Shown: positions 8,736-18,779 of the stretch, piece after piece | How positions within the stretch are numbered: the stretch's first letter is position 1 | Layout: each line of letters starts with the position of its first letter | Source: a virus | Taxonomy: Duplodnaviria > Caudoviricetes | Strand: one strand, 5' to 3' | DNA: 64,000 nucleotides | Virus record (IMG/VR): IMGVR_UViG_3300037587_000358 | Span: 1,719 to 65,718 of that record | Translations under genes and position numbers: made by a program | The notes under the pieces: model-generated | Told to the model about the DNA's origin: nothing | Database searches by the model: none | What the model saw: only the letters and a program-made list of their open reading frames with translations

Positions 8736-9143
8736 ATGGCCAGCGGAATATATGAGAGATTTAAAGCAAATTTAATGAACAAGATTGTCGATTTAGAGGC
8801 AGATACTATTCAGGTGGCCTTAATGGACAACGTACACGCCTTTTCCGCAACGGATAATGTTTGGACGGATGTATCAGCCAATGAAATATCCGGTACCGGA
8901 TACACAGCCAACGGAGTAGTATTAGCCAGCGCAACCGTAACTCAGGGCGCAACAACCAAGTTTGATGGTAACGATTCAGCCTGGACTACTGCAACATTCA
9001 CAGCATATCACGCAGTTCTTTGGGACAACACCGTAGCTACAGATGACCTCATATGCTCGTTTGACTTTGGAGGGGCCAAGACGGTGACGGCAGGTACCTT
9101 TACGGTGCAATGGCACGCAAACGGTATCATAACCTTGACTTAG
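8736..9143 (+). CDS. Small tail/virion beta protein
   Basis: SD GGAGG; DTIQVALM, NEISGTGYTA, FDFGG..TVT.GTFTVQW motifs of a widespread phage tail family. Confidence 0.75.
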   Translation: MASGIYERFKANLMNKIVDLEADTIQVALMDNVHAFSATDNVWTDVSANEISGTGYTANGVVLASATVTQGATTKFDGNDSAWTTATFTAYHAVLWDNTVATDDLICSFDFGGAKTVTAGTFTVQWHANGIITLT

Positions 9144-9244
9144 GACAATAGTGACTTACAGTGAGTCGCAAAGATGCTGAAGAAAAGTATATCGGAGAAT
9201 TTGCTTTTAATAATTAATAAAACCCTATATGCAGGAGGTAGAGA

Positions 9245-9679
9245 ATGTCTTTAAAATTAAGTACAGGACTAAGGAATGGATTGCTTGATGCAAACCCGTT
9301 CAAGACCCTTTTAGATGCGAGTAGACTTAAGATATACTCTGGCTCCCCGCCTGCCGACGCCGATGCAGCAGAAGGCACCCTGCTTGTCAGTATTGGTTCG
9401 GCACATGCCGATACTCATTGTCACTTTTTAGCGTCTGCCGTTGGTGGAGTATTGAGCAAAGATGCTAATGTGTGGAGTGGAGTCGCCAGCGCAACCGGAA
9501 CCTCTACTCATTTCCGTCTCGTAGTAAATACGGATACTGGCGTGCTAAGCACGACTGAAATCAGAATGCAGGGAACCATTGGAACGTCTGGTGCCGACTT
9601 GAACATGAGTAGTGTGGCCATTGTAAGTGCTGCAACTCAGACCGTGGATACATTTGCCTTGACTATGCCAGCCTCTTAA
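9245..9679 (+). CDS. Small tail/virion protein
   Basis: MSLKLSTGLRN...IYSG..PA.AD.A..GTLL family pattern; SD AGGAGG. Confidence 0.7.
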   Translation: MSLKLSTGLRNGLLDANPFKTLLDASRLKIYSGSPPADADAAEGTLLVSIGSAHADTHCHFLASAVGGVLSKDANVWSGVASATGTSTHFRLVVNTDTGVLSTTEIRMQGTIGTSGADLNMSSVAIVSAATQTVDTFALTMPAS

Positions 9680-9689
9680 GGAGTGGTAT

Positions 9690-10874
9690 ATGAATCTGAT
9701 TATCCAGGGAGATGATAAACGGAAAGCCAAGAAATGGATACAGTTTGCAAAAAACAAGCTGCGTCAGATTAAAACCTTTACGCCTGGGCCGATGCTTATA
9801 AATGAGTATTACACTCCGGCTTCGGGTATCTTGGTGCATATCAAGGCTGTTAATGGCATTGATACTATAAGGATAGAGACTGAGGGAGGTAAATACATGT
9901 GTGACTTCCCTGTAGTTGACAGATATCCTATTCCTCACTCAGACTTCCAGTTAAGATGTCCGGTGCGGCCAAAAGGAGTAGATGAATTCCTAAGAATAGG
10001 CTTTTTGTCAAGATCGAATAATATCAATGATCCTTCTATGGGCGGGGATTGGGATACTTATACCTGGGATTTCGGAGATGGTAATTTTGACACTGGTGCT
10101 TCTGTCTTCCATGAGTACGACGAACCCGGAGAGTACACAGTGAGTCTGACAGTCGCAAAAGACATTGTTGAGACTTTTATATCTGGAAACAGTGCAGGCG
10201 GAGAGCGCAAAGAAGGCGGAGACGACACGATCTTATCCCCTTATCTTAAGGCCAACTCCGCTGTGGCGTATGCTAATTACCAAGCCAGTGCTCCTGGTAT
10301 TTTCAACAATAGCTATGAATGGATAGGCAGGGCCTCAAACAAAGGCACATATGTAGGTATTAATTGGCTAGAGGATATTAGCTTTTCGTATACGTCTCAG
10401 AATGTATCATGGAACTTTGACTTAACATCTGTAGATGTAAATGCGATTGTAACCGTTTATATGAATTTGTTTTTACAAGATCAAGTATGCAATACTCCTG
10501 CCCATGGAGATGCTTGTTATACAAGTAATGCCGGACAAAGCGCAGTGGTTTCTTCTGCCGGAGGAAGTGGCACTCCTGGTATAGATATAAATCCTATAAA
10601 CATGGGAGATATATCAGGGAGCATAGGAGGAATGCAAAATGTAACCTTTACAGATACAGGCGGCAATTCTCACTTTGTCGTGCCTACGCCTGGCACATGG
10701 CCAGAGCCAAACAGGAACGCCCATTTTACTCAACTCGGAGTATATGGAAGCGATCCATGGGCAATAGCATCGGAGCCAACGTCGTCTCTAAAGACAACAA
10801 AAGTAATAAAAGTTTATACTGGCCGACGAGGACATAAAAGAAGTTTCCAAGTTGGAGACTCAGTGCATACATAA
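9690..10874 (+). CDS. PKD (Ig-like) domain virion protein
   Basis: YTWDFGDG...HEYDEPGEYTVSLTV signature. Confidence 0.75.
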   Translation: MNLIIQGDDKRKAKKWIQFAKNKLRQIKTFTPGPMLINEYYTPASGILVHIKAVNGIDTIRIETEGGKYMCDFPVVDRYPIPHSDFQLRCPVRPKGVDEFLRIGFLSRSNNINDPSMGGDWDTYTWDFGDGNFDTGASVFHEYDEPGEYTVSLTVAKDIVETFISGNSAGGERKEGGDDTILSPYLKANSAVAYANYQASAPGIFNNSYEWIGRASNKGTYVGINWLEDISFSYTSQNVSWNFDLTSVDVNAIVTVYMNLFLQDQVCNTPAHGDACYTSNAGQSAVVSSAGGSGTPGIDINPINMGDISGSIGGMQNVTFTDTGGNSHFVVPTPGTWPEPNRNAHFTQLGVYGSDPWAIASEPTSSLKTTKVIKVYTGRRGHKRSFQVGDSVHT

Positions 10875-10885
10875 AGGAGTAGTAA

Positions 10886-12469
10886 ATGGCGTTAACCGAT
10901 ACACCATGGTGTGGGACGGGTGATAGTAAGCTGTATTTACAGTCTGGAAAATTTACTTCCATTTTACTAACAAGTGAGACTGTCTCCGGGCCTGTTGGCA
11001 TAACATTTGACGGAACCGATACATATTGGTGTGCCAGCGGCAATATTTTATATTTACAATCTGGGCAATTCACATCTACCGTCAAAGACAGTTTAGACGT
11101 ATCTTCTGTAGATGCTACAACCCGCGATATATCATATGATGGAAATGACATACCATGGACGGGCGATGGAGGCGGTAAGTTATATCTGCAATCCGGCGTT
11201 TTTAGCTCAACGTTAAAAACTAGCGAAGCCTCGCCTAATACTCAGCCATCTGGCATATCATTTGATTCAGTAGACACCCCTCATTGTGGATTTTTTCCAG
11301 ATACAGTATACCTTATGTCGGGGCAGTTTTCGTCTACCATAAAAGCCAATTTATCTGTATCTAATGACCCTAATGGTATATCATTTGACGGAACCGATTC
11401 GTTATGGACTACATCTGGAGGCTCAAACGACAAGCTGTTCCTGGCTTCCGGGCAATTCACATCTACAATACTTGATAGTGAAGATGTGAACAGTATTGAC
11501 GCTTCCCCTTCTGGTATTTGCACAAATGATTTTTCAGCAAGAACAGGCGTGTTCCTGGGAAGTGTATTATTGGACGAATTACCAGCTACGCTTACAATGC
11601 CAGCACTAACTATTGACTTAATAAGCAATATAGTCATCACCCCAACTGCGCTCGCACTTGGCATAGCGGCTGAGGCAACCCCGCATGTCAATTCAAACGT
11701 AGCCCGTCCAGATGAAATAGCGATGGGCATAAATGCTGCCGACCCGGTAATAGAGTTCGGAAACGAGGCTTCGATAGGTGCAGAGCTTGCAATGTCAATG
11801 AACTTGTTTGCTCCGACCATTAATATTATCACTCAAACAATAGTAACGCCTACCACGCTAAATATAACAGCGGCTTTTGTAGAGGGAGTTGCGACACCGG
11901 ATTATTCATGGCTAGATTCAAGCCTGCCAATGCTCACTCTTAATGCGGCAATACTAAACGGCTTTACCGGAACGACCTCGCTTCCAATGCTCACCTTATC
12001 TGCAAACTGCGTTGTTGGATTCCTGGCCTATGTAACGGTACCTCTTCCAATGCTTACACTGGACATAAGGATGGGTGTAAAAGTAGGGCTAACCATGCCA
12101 ATGCTCACATTGGAAGCCTCTGGAACTACTACAAATGGCGGGGGCCTTGCAAAGCCGTTACCACTATTGACCTTAAATGCGGCTGGACGGAGCACGAATA
12201 AAGGCGTATTTACTCAATCACTGCCGATGTTCACGATAGATATCGTTATGGCACTTGGCGGAATTCATACATTTGCGTCAAGCTTGCCGATGTTTACATT
12301 GAGCAGCGAAGGTGTAAGCGGGAACCCCTCGGCGTTTCTTGCAGAGAATTTGCCGCTTGTAACACTAGATGCATCAGGGTATAGTGACGGCAATGGAACG
12401 CTTGCAAAATCATTACCATTGTTGGTATTGGATGCGTTTGGAACCAGTTATTTGAATAGAATTATTTAA
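10886..12469 (+). CDS. Tail-associated repeat protein A (N-terminal ~42-aa repeats, C-terminal LP.LTL repeats)
   Basis: Five TPW.G...KLYL.SGQFTST...GIS.DG repeats, then about ten LP(M/L).TL repeats. Confidence 0.7.
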   Translation: MALTDTPWCGTGDSKLYLQSGKFTSILLTSETVSGPVGITFDGTDTYWCASGNILYLQSGQFTSTVKDSLDVSSVDATTRDISYDGNDIPWTGDGGGKLYLQSGVFSSTLKTSEASPNTQPSGISFDSVDTPHCGFFPDTVYLMSGQFSSTIKANLSVSNDPNGISFDGTDSLWTTSGGSNDKLFLASGQFTSTILDSEDVNSIDASPSGICTNDFSARTGVFLGSVLLDELPATLTMPALTIDLISNIVITPTALALGIAAEATPHVNSNVARPDEIAMGINAADPVIEFGNEASIGAELAMSMNLFAPTINIITQTIVTPTTLNITAAFVEGVATPDYSWLDSSLPMLTLNAAILNGFTGTTSLPMLTLSANCVVGFLAYVTVPLPMLTLDIRMGVKVGLTMPMLTLEASGTTTNGGGLAKPLPLLTLNAAGRSTNKGVFTQSLPMFTIDIVMALGGIHTFASSLPMFTLSSEGVSGNPSAFLAENLPLVTLDASGYSDGNGTLAKSLPLLVLDAFGTSYLNRII

Positions 12470-12489
12470 TTTTTTAGAGGGAGATAGCT

Positions 12490-13059
12490 ATGAGGGAGTT
12501 AGTAGGGCTTAAAATTGATGTAGGGCTGGACGGAATTACGGGGCATGCAAAGTACCCGGATTTCAATAAGATCACACCAGCTACAAGAAAAGGCATGGAC
12601 TGGTCTAAGTATATAGACGTTCATGGAAGCGGAATGCATTATGATAAAACATGTGGACATCAGGATGATGGCGATACTCCATACGGACATCAGTGTTGCT
12701 GCATATGCGTTCCTGCGGACTTTGCAGCAGAAGCATTGGCTTTATTCCCTGATGTTGTTTCGCCATGCTCAGATGAGGAATTTGAAGTCTTCCACGATAC
12801 CAAGGCACATGCACACGAGCCAGAGCAGAAGATTGATACCGATGTATTAAATGGCCTCGCTGCACAAAGAAGCTTGATGGTAGCGCTGGAGAAGACCCCG
12901 GAAGATGAGGCAGCAATAGCAGTACTTGATACCAAGATTGCCAAGGCGTTAGATCCGGAAGATGATACCGAATTGGGAGTTAGGACTAATGCCAACAAGA
13001 CCTGGAAGCAGGTAAGCATGAAGAGGGGAATAACAGTTAAAAAGGCGGCGACTATATGA
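12490..13059 (+). CDS. Hypothetical protein in tail module
   Basis: 189 aa, good SD, HQCCCICVP cluster. Confidence 0.7.
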   Translation: MRELVGLKIDVGLDGITGHAKYPDFNKITPATRKGMDWSKYIDVHGSGMHYDKTCGHQDDGDTPYGHQCCCICVPADFAAEALALFPDVVSPCSDEEFEVFHDTKAHAHEPEQKIDTDVLNGLAAQRSLMVALEKTPEDEAAIAVLDTKIAKALDPEDDTELGVRTNANKTWKQVSMKRGITVKKAATI

Positions 13060-14318
13060 ACTATGCCGATAATCAAGATTTTATCAAACTCTGCGAACTA
13101 CTCCGTGTGAAAGCTGAGTGGTTCCCGGAGTTTGACGATTACGCCGCCGCCCCTGATTTTCTTTTGAAAATTGCCAAAAACATAAGGTCTTGCCCGAAAG
13201 AGATTAAGACCGTGGTAGAGTGCGGCAGTGGTATTTCTACATTGGTTATAGCCAGGTGCTTGGAGCTTCGTGGCTATAGCGGCGAAGTATTCAGCCTAGA
13301 ACATGACCCAGCTTATTCTACTCGTACATATTCTTGGCTTAAGGACAGGAGCCTGGAGAATTTTGCCTATGTACATCTATGTCCTCTTGTAGGAGATCCG
13401 CCGTGGTATTCCACAGCAAGTATTGAAATTCCAGAGATCGACATTTTGATTATTGACGGCCCTCCAGGGCATATATATCCTGAGTCCAGATACGGAGCTA
13501 TAAACTTATTCTTTCTCTTAAAGAAGGACGGCACGATCTTCGTCGATGATGCGATAAGAGACAAGCCTATTATCGCTCGATGGTCACAGGAATTTCCGTC
13601 TTTGGCGTGGCACCTTGAGCCAACTGAGAGGGGCATTGCTACAAGCTTCCCGTCTCCGGAAAAGTCTCCAGCAAAAAAAAGAGTTCTTATAGCGGTTCCG
13701 ACTAGCGGCAAAATACACAAACACGTTTCTTTTGCTTTGTTGAAACTACAGATGGACACGAGATATGATATCAGGATTATACAGCCAACTCATAGTCCGT
13801 CAGATAACAACAGGCATCATATTTTTAACGACTTCCTGGCAGGAAACGAAGACTACTTATTGATGATAGACAGCGACAATCCTCCAATTAATAATCCATT
13901 GGATTTGATTGAACTGAACAAAGATGTTATGGGGTGTCCGACACCTGTTTGGCATTTCACTGGCCAGGCCAAAGGCGAAAGGCCTATCTATGAAAATGCA
14001 TATAAATATGTGCCGAAAGAAGATGCGTATACTGAATGGCCAGACAAAGTAGGTCTTCAAAAAGTAGACGCAGTTGGAACCGGATGCATATTGATTGCAC
14101 GTAGAGTCCTTGAGCACCCAGGTATGAGGAAGGGTTCAAATCAAAGAACGCTCAATTCAGATGGAACCGTCAATAAAGGCGGAGACATTATGTTTTGTGA
14201 AACCGCACGGCAATGTGGTTTTGAAATATTTGTTCATTATAATTATAGATGCCTGCACTTTGCAGAGCTAGAATTACATGAAGTGGCAAGAGCTTTTGCT
14301 GAAATGAATCGAGGATAA
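13056..14318 (+). CDS. Class I SAM methyltransferase fused to GT-A (GT2-like) glycosyltransferase
   Basis: VVECGSGIST and ILIIDGP (methyltransferase); VLIAVP, LLMIDSD (DxD), VDAVGTGCILI.RRVLE, GGDIMFC (GT-A). Confidence 0.8.
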   Translation: MNYADNQDFIKLCELLRVKAEWFPEFDDYAAAPDFLLKIAKNIRSCPKEIKTVVECGSGISTLVIARCLELRGYSGEVFSLEHDPAYSTRTYSWLKDRSLENFAYVHLCPLVGDPPWYSTASIEIPEIDILIIDGPPGHIYPESRYGAINLFFLLKKDGTIFVDDAIRDKPIIARWSQEFPSLAWHLEPTERGIATSFPSPEKSPAKKRVLIAVPTSGKIHKHVSFALLKLQMDTRYDIRIIQPTHSPSDNNRHHIFNDFLAGNEDYLLMIDSDNPPINNPLDLIELNKDVMGCPTPVWHFTGQAKGERPIYENAYKYVPKEDAYTEWPDKVGLQKVDAVGTGCILIARRVLEHPGMRKGSNQRTLNSDGTVNKGGDIMFCETARQCGFEIFVHYNYRCLHFAELELHEVARAFAEMNRG

Positions 14319-14321
14319 TAT

Positions 14322-16202
14322 ATGGCTGATACTCCATGGTGTGGTGCTACAGGTGATAAACTATATTTAACCAGTGGACAATTTACATCAACGTTAAAAG
14401 ATAGTGAAGCAGTAGGCGTGGTTGATAATGTTCCTGTAGGCATATCTTATGATGGAACTAATTCTCCTTGGAACGGAAGCCAGGCCGACAAGCTTTATCT
14501 TACTTCGGGACAATTTACCTCAACGTTAAAAGATAGTGAAGCAGTAGGTGGAATTGAAACTAGTCTTAATGGCATGTCTTGGGACGGTACTAATACTCCT
14601 TGGAGTGGGTTTGCTGGCGGGAAACTCTATCTTCAAAGCGGTCAATTCACTTCAACTCTCAAGACAAGCCAATCTATAAGCGCAGTTGATATCGGAGTAT
14701 CAAGTGTCTCTTATGATGGAACTAATTCTCCATGGAGCGGGAATAATGGCGACAAGCTTTATCTTACTTCGGGGCAATTTACATCAACCCTTATAACTAG
14801 TGAATCAATAGGTGGGATTCAAAGCGGCATTAATGGCATATCTTGGGACGGTACCAATACTCCATGGACTGGAAACGGCCCACAAAGGCTCTATCTAACA
14901 TCAGGTCAATTCACTTCAACGCTATTAACAAGCCAATCTATAAGCGCAGTTGATACTAATCCTACAGGTATAGATACGAATGATGTTGACGCAAGGCTGG
15001 GCATAGCTCCTGATGCAGATATTGTAGCAACAGCACAGGCAATAACGCTTGTATTGCCTGCTCCTACTATTGATATTGCAGTCAATTCAACTATATCTCT
15101 ATCCACACTTGCGATATCATCGGCATTGCCTGTTCCTGTAGTGACCCTGGACTTCACAGTTCTTATATCGTCTCCGCTGTCACTTTCCATGGCTCACGCA
15201 GTATTGGCCTCAGTTCTCACAAGTCAGACTGTGATTATATCTGCACCGTTATCGCTTTTCATGGCACAGCAAAGCCCTTTGACTGCCTGGGATACCAAGA
15301 TAACCGCAAGTGCCCCGCTGGGACTGACCGGAGCCTTACCGATTCCATCTCAGCATGGCGATGCAAATATTGCCATCTCCGCTGCTTTGGCGTTGACAAC
15401 ACAGATATTCACTTTATCAATTTTAATTGATGCCGATCTTTTTATAATCATAGTCCCAGACGAAGCACTGGAATTAGGCAGCGCAAATCCATCGCCATTA
15501 ATTACCATACATGCGGATGTAGAAGTTGTGCCGCTTTCTTTATCAATGGATATTTCCTTGCTCCCCCTTACATTTGTCATAGAAACAGATATATCTATTA
15601 GCCTTCCTGTATTACCTTTGTCTTTTGCGACAAATGCAGTAGTAGTAATTACCGATACGTTTATATTGCTGCCAGGAGTACCATTGACACCCCTTCCGAT
15701 GGTATTAAGTGCTCATGCGCCGGAAGTCAGCATTACAGATGATGTTAAAATTATCGTGACTAATGCCAGGACATTTGCTATAAGTGAATATGCTGCGATG
15801 GCCTTTAACAGCATGGCCAAATTTAACGGTAAGTATTTATATGCCAAGGCTGACGGGATCTATGAAGGTGGCGGAGATAACGACAACGGAACCGATATCG
15901 AGGCAAGCTATAAAACAGGAGCATTTGATATCAATGCTACCGAAGTGCAAAAACTTAGAAATGCATTTCTGAATTTCCGAAGCAATGGAGATATCCAGCT
16001 CTTCTCAGTAGGAAACGAAATCAATGCGAGGCTGTATAATATAACCAACAGCACGGCCGATACCATGCATGAACGCAGGCAGAAGTTTGAGAGGGGCATT
16101 AGAGACAATCACTTTAGTTTCGGAATCTCGAATGTCGCTGGTTCGTCGTTTGAAATTAAAAGTGCAAAAATACTAACAGAGCCAATAAGGAAAAGGAGGT
16201 AA
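14322..16202 (+). CDS. Tail-associated repeat protein B, paralog of 10886-12469
   Basis: Same N-terminal repeats, near-identical to each other at DNA level; I/L/P-rich stalk; C-terminal globular domain. Confidence 0.75.
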   Translation: MADTPWCGATGDKLYLTSGQFTSTLKDSEAVGVVDNVPVGISYDGTNSPWNGSQADKLYLTSGQFTSTLKDSEAVGGIETSLNGMSWDGTNTPWSGFAGGKLYLQSGQFTSTLKTSQSISAVDIGVSSVSYDGTNSPWSGNNGDKLYLTSGQFTSTLITSESIGGIQSGINGISWDGTNTPWTGNGPQRLYLTSGQFTSTLLTSQSISAVDTNPTGIDTNDVDARLGIAPDADIVATAQAITLVLPAPTIDIAVNSTISLSTLAISSALPVPVVTLDFTVLISSPLSLSMAHAVLASVLTSQTVIISAPLSLFMAQQSPLTAWDTKITASAPLGLTGALPIPSQHGDANIAISAALALTTQIFTLSILIDADLFIIIVPDEALELGSANPSPLITIHADVEVVPLSLSMDISLLPLTFVIETDISISLPVLPLSFATNAVVVITDTFILLPGVPLTPLPMVLSAHAPEVSITDDVKIIVTNARTFAISEYAAMAFNSMAKFNGKYLYAKADGIYEGGGDNDNGTDIEASYKTGAFDINATEVQKLRNAFLNFRSNGDIQLFSVGNEINARLYNITNSTADTMHERRQKFERGIRDNHFSFGISNVAGSSFEIKSAKILTEPIRKRR

Positions 16203-16205
16203 ATC

Positions 16206-18065
16206 GTGGCAGTTAATCCCGGAATAAATGAAGTAAAATCAGAAGTTCAAACTCAAATAAGTGACGCAAAGGAGAGGGCGAATACTGCCATCCAGGACAC
16301 CAGTACGTTTATAGGTGCCCTTCGTGATGCCGCCATGATTAGTCCGCCTCATACAGGTCTAACCTTTCCAGGTGGCATGGGCATTAGTATTCCAGGAATA
16401 TCCGCAAATCCGCCAGGCAGGCCAACGAGCACTTTGAATTCAATTAAATCTCGCATTGGATTAATACCGCCTGCGGACTTTAGCACGACCCCAATAGCCA
16501 CCAATTTTCCAACAGTTTCCGAAAAAGATATTCCGGCTCCTGCGGTTTCCCTTCCTGATGCGCCGACGTTTACTACAGAGCTTTCCGCTGAAAAGCCTTT
16601 CGTTGCAGATGTAACAAATATTACTGCGCCATCAGAAAGCGTGCCGGACAAACTAACCAGTATCGGGGGCTACAGTGTTCCGGCTCCACCTGCTATAACC
16701 ATTGCAGGCTTCGGAGATGCAATACCTACGTACAATCTATCCGTGCCGGATATTCAATTTTCTTATGTAGAACCTGAGTACGCTTCGGCCTTGAAAAACG
16801 CATTGACATCCAAGTTATTAAGCGATGTCCAGAATGGCGGTACCGGGCTATCAGAGGAAGTAGAAAATGCTATATGGGAGAGGACAAGAGAAAGAGACAA
16901 TAAAGACTATGAAGATGCCTCTACGAAGCTTGACAGTAAGTGGGGTGGTCAAGGGTTCAGCTTGCCTAACGGCGTGCTTACGGAGCTACAGCAAGACCTT
17001 ATAGTAGATGATCGCAACCAAAGGATTGAAAGGTCGAGGGATATTCTTATCAAGCAGGCCGAACTAGCACAAGTCAATACTCATTTTACTCTGACTAGTT
17101 CAATGAATTTGGAGCAATTGGAATTAAACCATGCCAATGAAATATATAACAGATCACTGGAATCGTCAAAGTCTGTTATGGAATTCGGAATAGCCTTTCA
17201 TAATTTAAAGATATCAGATTATAATATCCGGTTAGAGAGGTACAAGGCACAAGCCTTAGAGCAGTCTTCTAGACTCGAAGCAGAGAAGTTGAGGCTCGAT
17301 GCATATAGAACAGAATTGCTTGAAATTGAGGCGAAGTCTAGTCTTGACAAAGATTTGTTGAGTGAGTATAATCTTGATCTCGAACGATACGATAAGCAGT
17401 TAAAATTATTTACTGCCGAACAAGGAATGGTAGCAGCAGCCCTTGGTATAGAAGGACTTAAGGTAGATTTATACAAGGCGCACATTAACGACCACAAGGC
17501 AAGGACTGACGCTCAGGGCAAAGAAGCCCAACTTTACCTGGCGCAGGTACAAGGCGAGCTTGGAAAAGTGCAGGTGTATACCGCTGAGCTGGAAGCAGAG
17601 AGAACCAGGATTGCAACATTGAAGGTTCAAGCTGATATAGAAATTGCAAGGATACGAGAAAATGTGGAACTGCAAAACTTATCCTTGAGAGAGTTTCTTG
17701 GCAATGTAGAGAAGTACAGGGCGGAAGTCAGTATTGCTACGGCAGAGATGGGAATAGAAGCAACGATGTACGGGCATGACATTGATAAGTTTAGAGCGGA
17801 AGTTGGCAAGGATGCAGCACAGCTTAACTTAGGAGTTGAAACGCTTATCAAGAACCGTGCCCTTGATATCCAGAATACAAATGTTAGGCTGGAAAATGCG
17901 AAAGCAAACCTACAGTCAGTTATATCAACAGCCGCTATAAGAGTAGAAGCGGCCAAGGGCATTGGACAAACCTATGCCGCAGTCGCAAGTGCAGTCGCAA
18001 GTGGATTTAACGCCATTGCCTCTATTGAATCCGGCGGACTGTCATCCGAAAACGAAGAATTTTAA
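16206..18065 (+). CDS. Coiled-coil virion (internal/ejection) protein
   Basis: 619 aa, Pro-rich N-terminus then long heptad helices; SD AGGAGG. Confidence 0.65.
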   Translation: MAVNPGINEVKSEVQTQISDAKERANTAIQDTSTFIGALRDAAMISPPHTGLTFPGGMGISIPGISANPPGRPTSTLNSIKSRIGLIPPADFSTTPIATNFPTVSEKDIPAPAVSLPDAPTFTTELSAEKPFVADVTNITAPSESVPDKLTSIGGYSVPAPPAITIAGFGDAIPTYNLSVPDIQFSYVEPEYASALKNALTSKLLSDVQNGGTGLSEEVENAIWERTRERDNKDYEDASTKLDSKWGGQGFSLPNGVLTELQQDLIVDDRNQRIERSRDILIKQAELAQVNTHFTLTSSMNLEQLELNHANEIYNRSLESSKSVMEFGIAFHNLKISDYNIRLERYKAQALEQSSRLEAEKLRLDAYRTELLEIEAKSSLDKDLLSEYNLDLERYDKQLKLFTAEQGMVAAALGIEGLKVDLYKAHINDHKARTDAQGKEAQLYLAQVQGELGKVQVYTAELEAERTRIATLKVQADIEIARIRENVELQNLSLREFLGNVEKYRAEVSIATAEMGIEATMYGHDIDKFRAEVGKDAAQLNLGVETLIKNRALDIQNTNVRLENAKANLQSVISTAAIRVEAAKGIGQTYAAVASAVASGFNAIASIESGGLSSENEEF

Positions 18066-18078
18066 AAGGAGGAAGGTT

Positions 18079-18759
18079 ATGGCGAATCGGTTACGAGACA
18101 ATGATGTTGAAGATTCTTTTGTGTCTGAGTTAGTAGGCCTTCCAACAAGGAAGAAATCAGCACCGAAGAAAAGAATTAATATCGACCCGACAGGCTTTGG
18201 TGAAGTCGCAGATGTGGGCTTCTTCTCTACGGAAAAAGAAAAGAAGGCAGCGGCAGAAGGAATCAAAGAACCTGGGGCTTCTCTTGCCAGGGAATTTTCT
18301 GGCCTGAGGCCAAAGCCAAAGAAGATAACCGGATTAAGCACGACAACCGAGGAAGTCAAGCCAGAGAGAGGCGGGTTTGTATCGTTTGCGGAAGGGGCAA
18401 AGAAGCAATTACCACAAGCGGTGGCTAGTTTTGGACTGCCTACTGACAGGCTTCCCACTATTGAAGAATTGGGTGGTGCGTTGGGAGGCATTGCAAAGTA
18501 TGTAAGCCAGCTAACAAAACGACAAAGGGCAAGGGGACTTACTCCGGGAACCAGGGTGACTAAAACCGTGGACAGGGGAGAGGTAGGTCTTCAAAAGGCA
18601 AATTTGGCCTCACTAACAAAGAGGCTTGAAATAGCGACGCTTTCAGGAGACAAAGAAAAAGCGGCGCAAATAGAAGCCAGATTAGACGCAATCGTACAAG
18701 GAAGGGATGCTGGAGCATTTGACGAAGAGGCAGACTTAGAAGCTATTGCAGGCTTATAA
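18079..18759 (+). CDS. Putative internal virion protein
   Basis: SD AGGAGG before ATG 18079, so start moved from the ORF-track 17962. Confidence 0.65.
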   Translation: MANRLRDNDVEDSFVSELVGLPTRKKSAPKKRINIDPTGFGEVADVGFFSTEKEKKAAAEGIKEPGASLAREFSGLRPKPKKITGLSTTTEEVKPERGGFVSFAEGAKKQLPQAVASFGLPTDRLPTIEELGGALGGIAKYVSQLTKRQRARGLTPGTRVTKTVDRGEVGLQKANLASLTKRLEIATLSGDKEKAAQIEARLDAIVQGRDAGAFDEEADLEAIAGL

Positions 18760-18779
18760 CTTAAGGAGACTACTTAACG

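Noticed and set aside
8617-9244. Riboswitch-like elements in gaps before the two small tail genes
   Set aside because: Only short hairpins (e.g. GTGACTTAC-A-GTGAGTCGC) with no recognisable consensus.
14322-14990. Repeats as a CRISPR array or DGR template/variable pair
   Set aside because: They are in-frame protein repeats without unique spacers or an adenine-specific mismatch pattern; no reverse transcriptase or cas gene is present.
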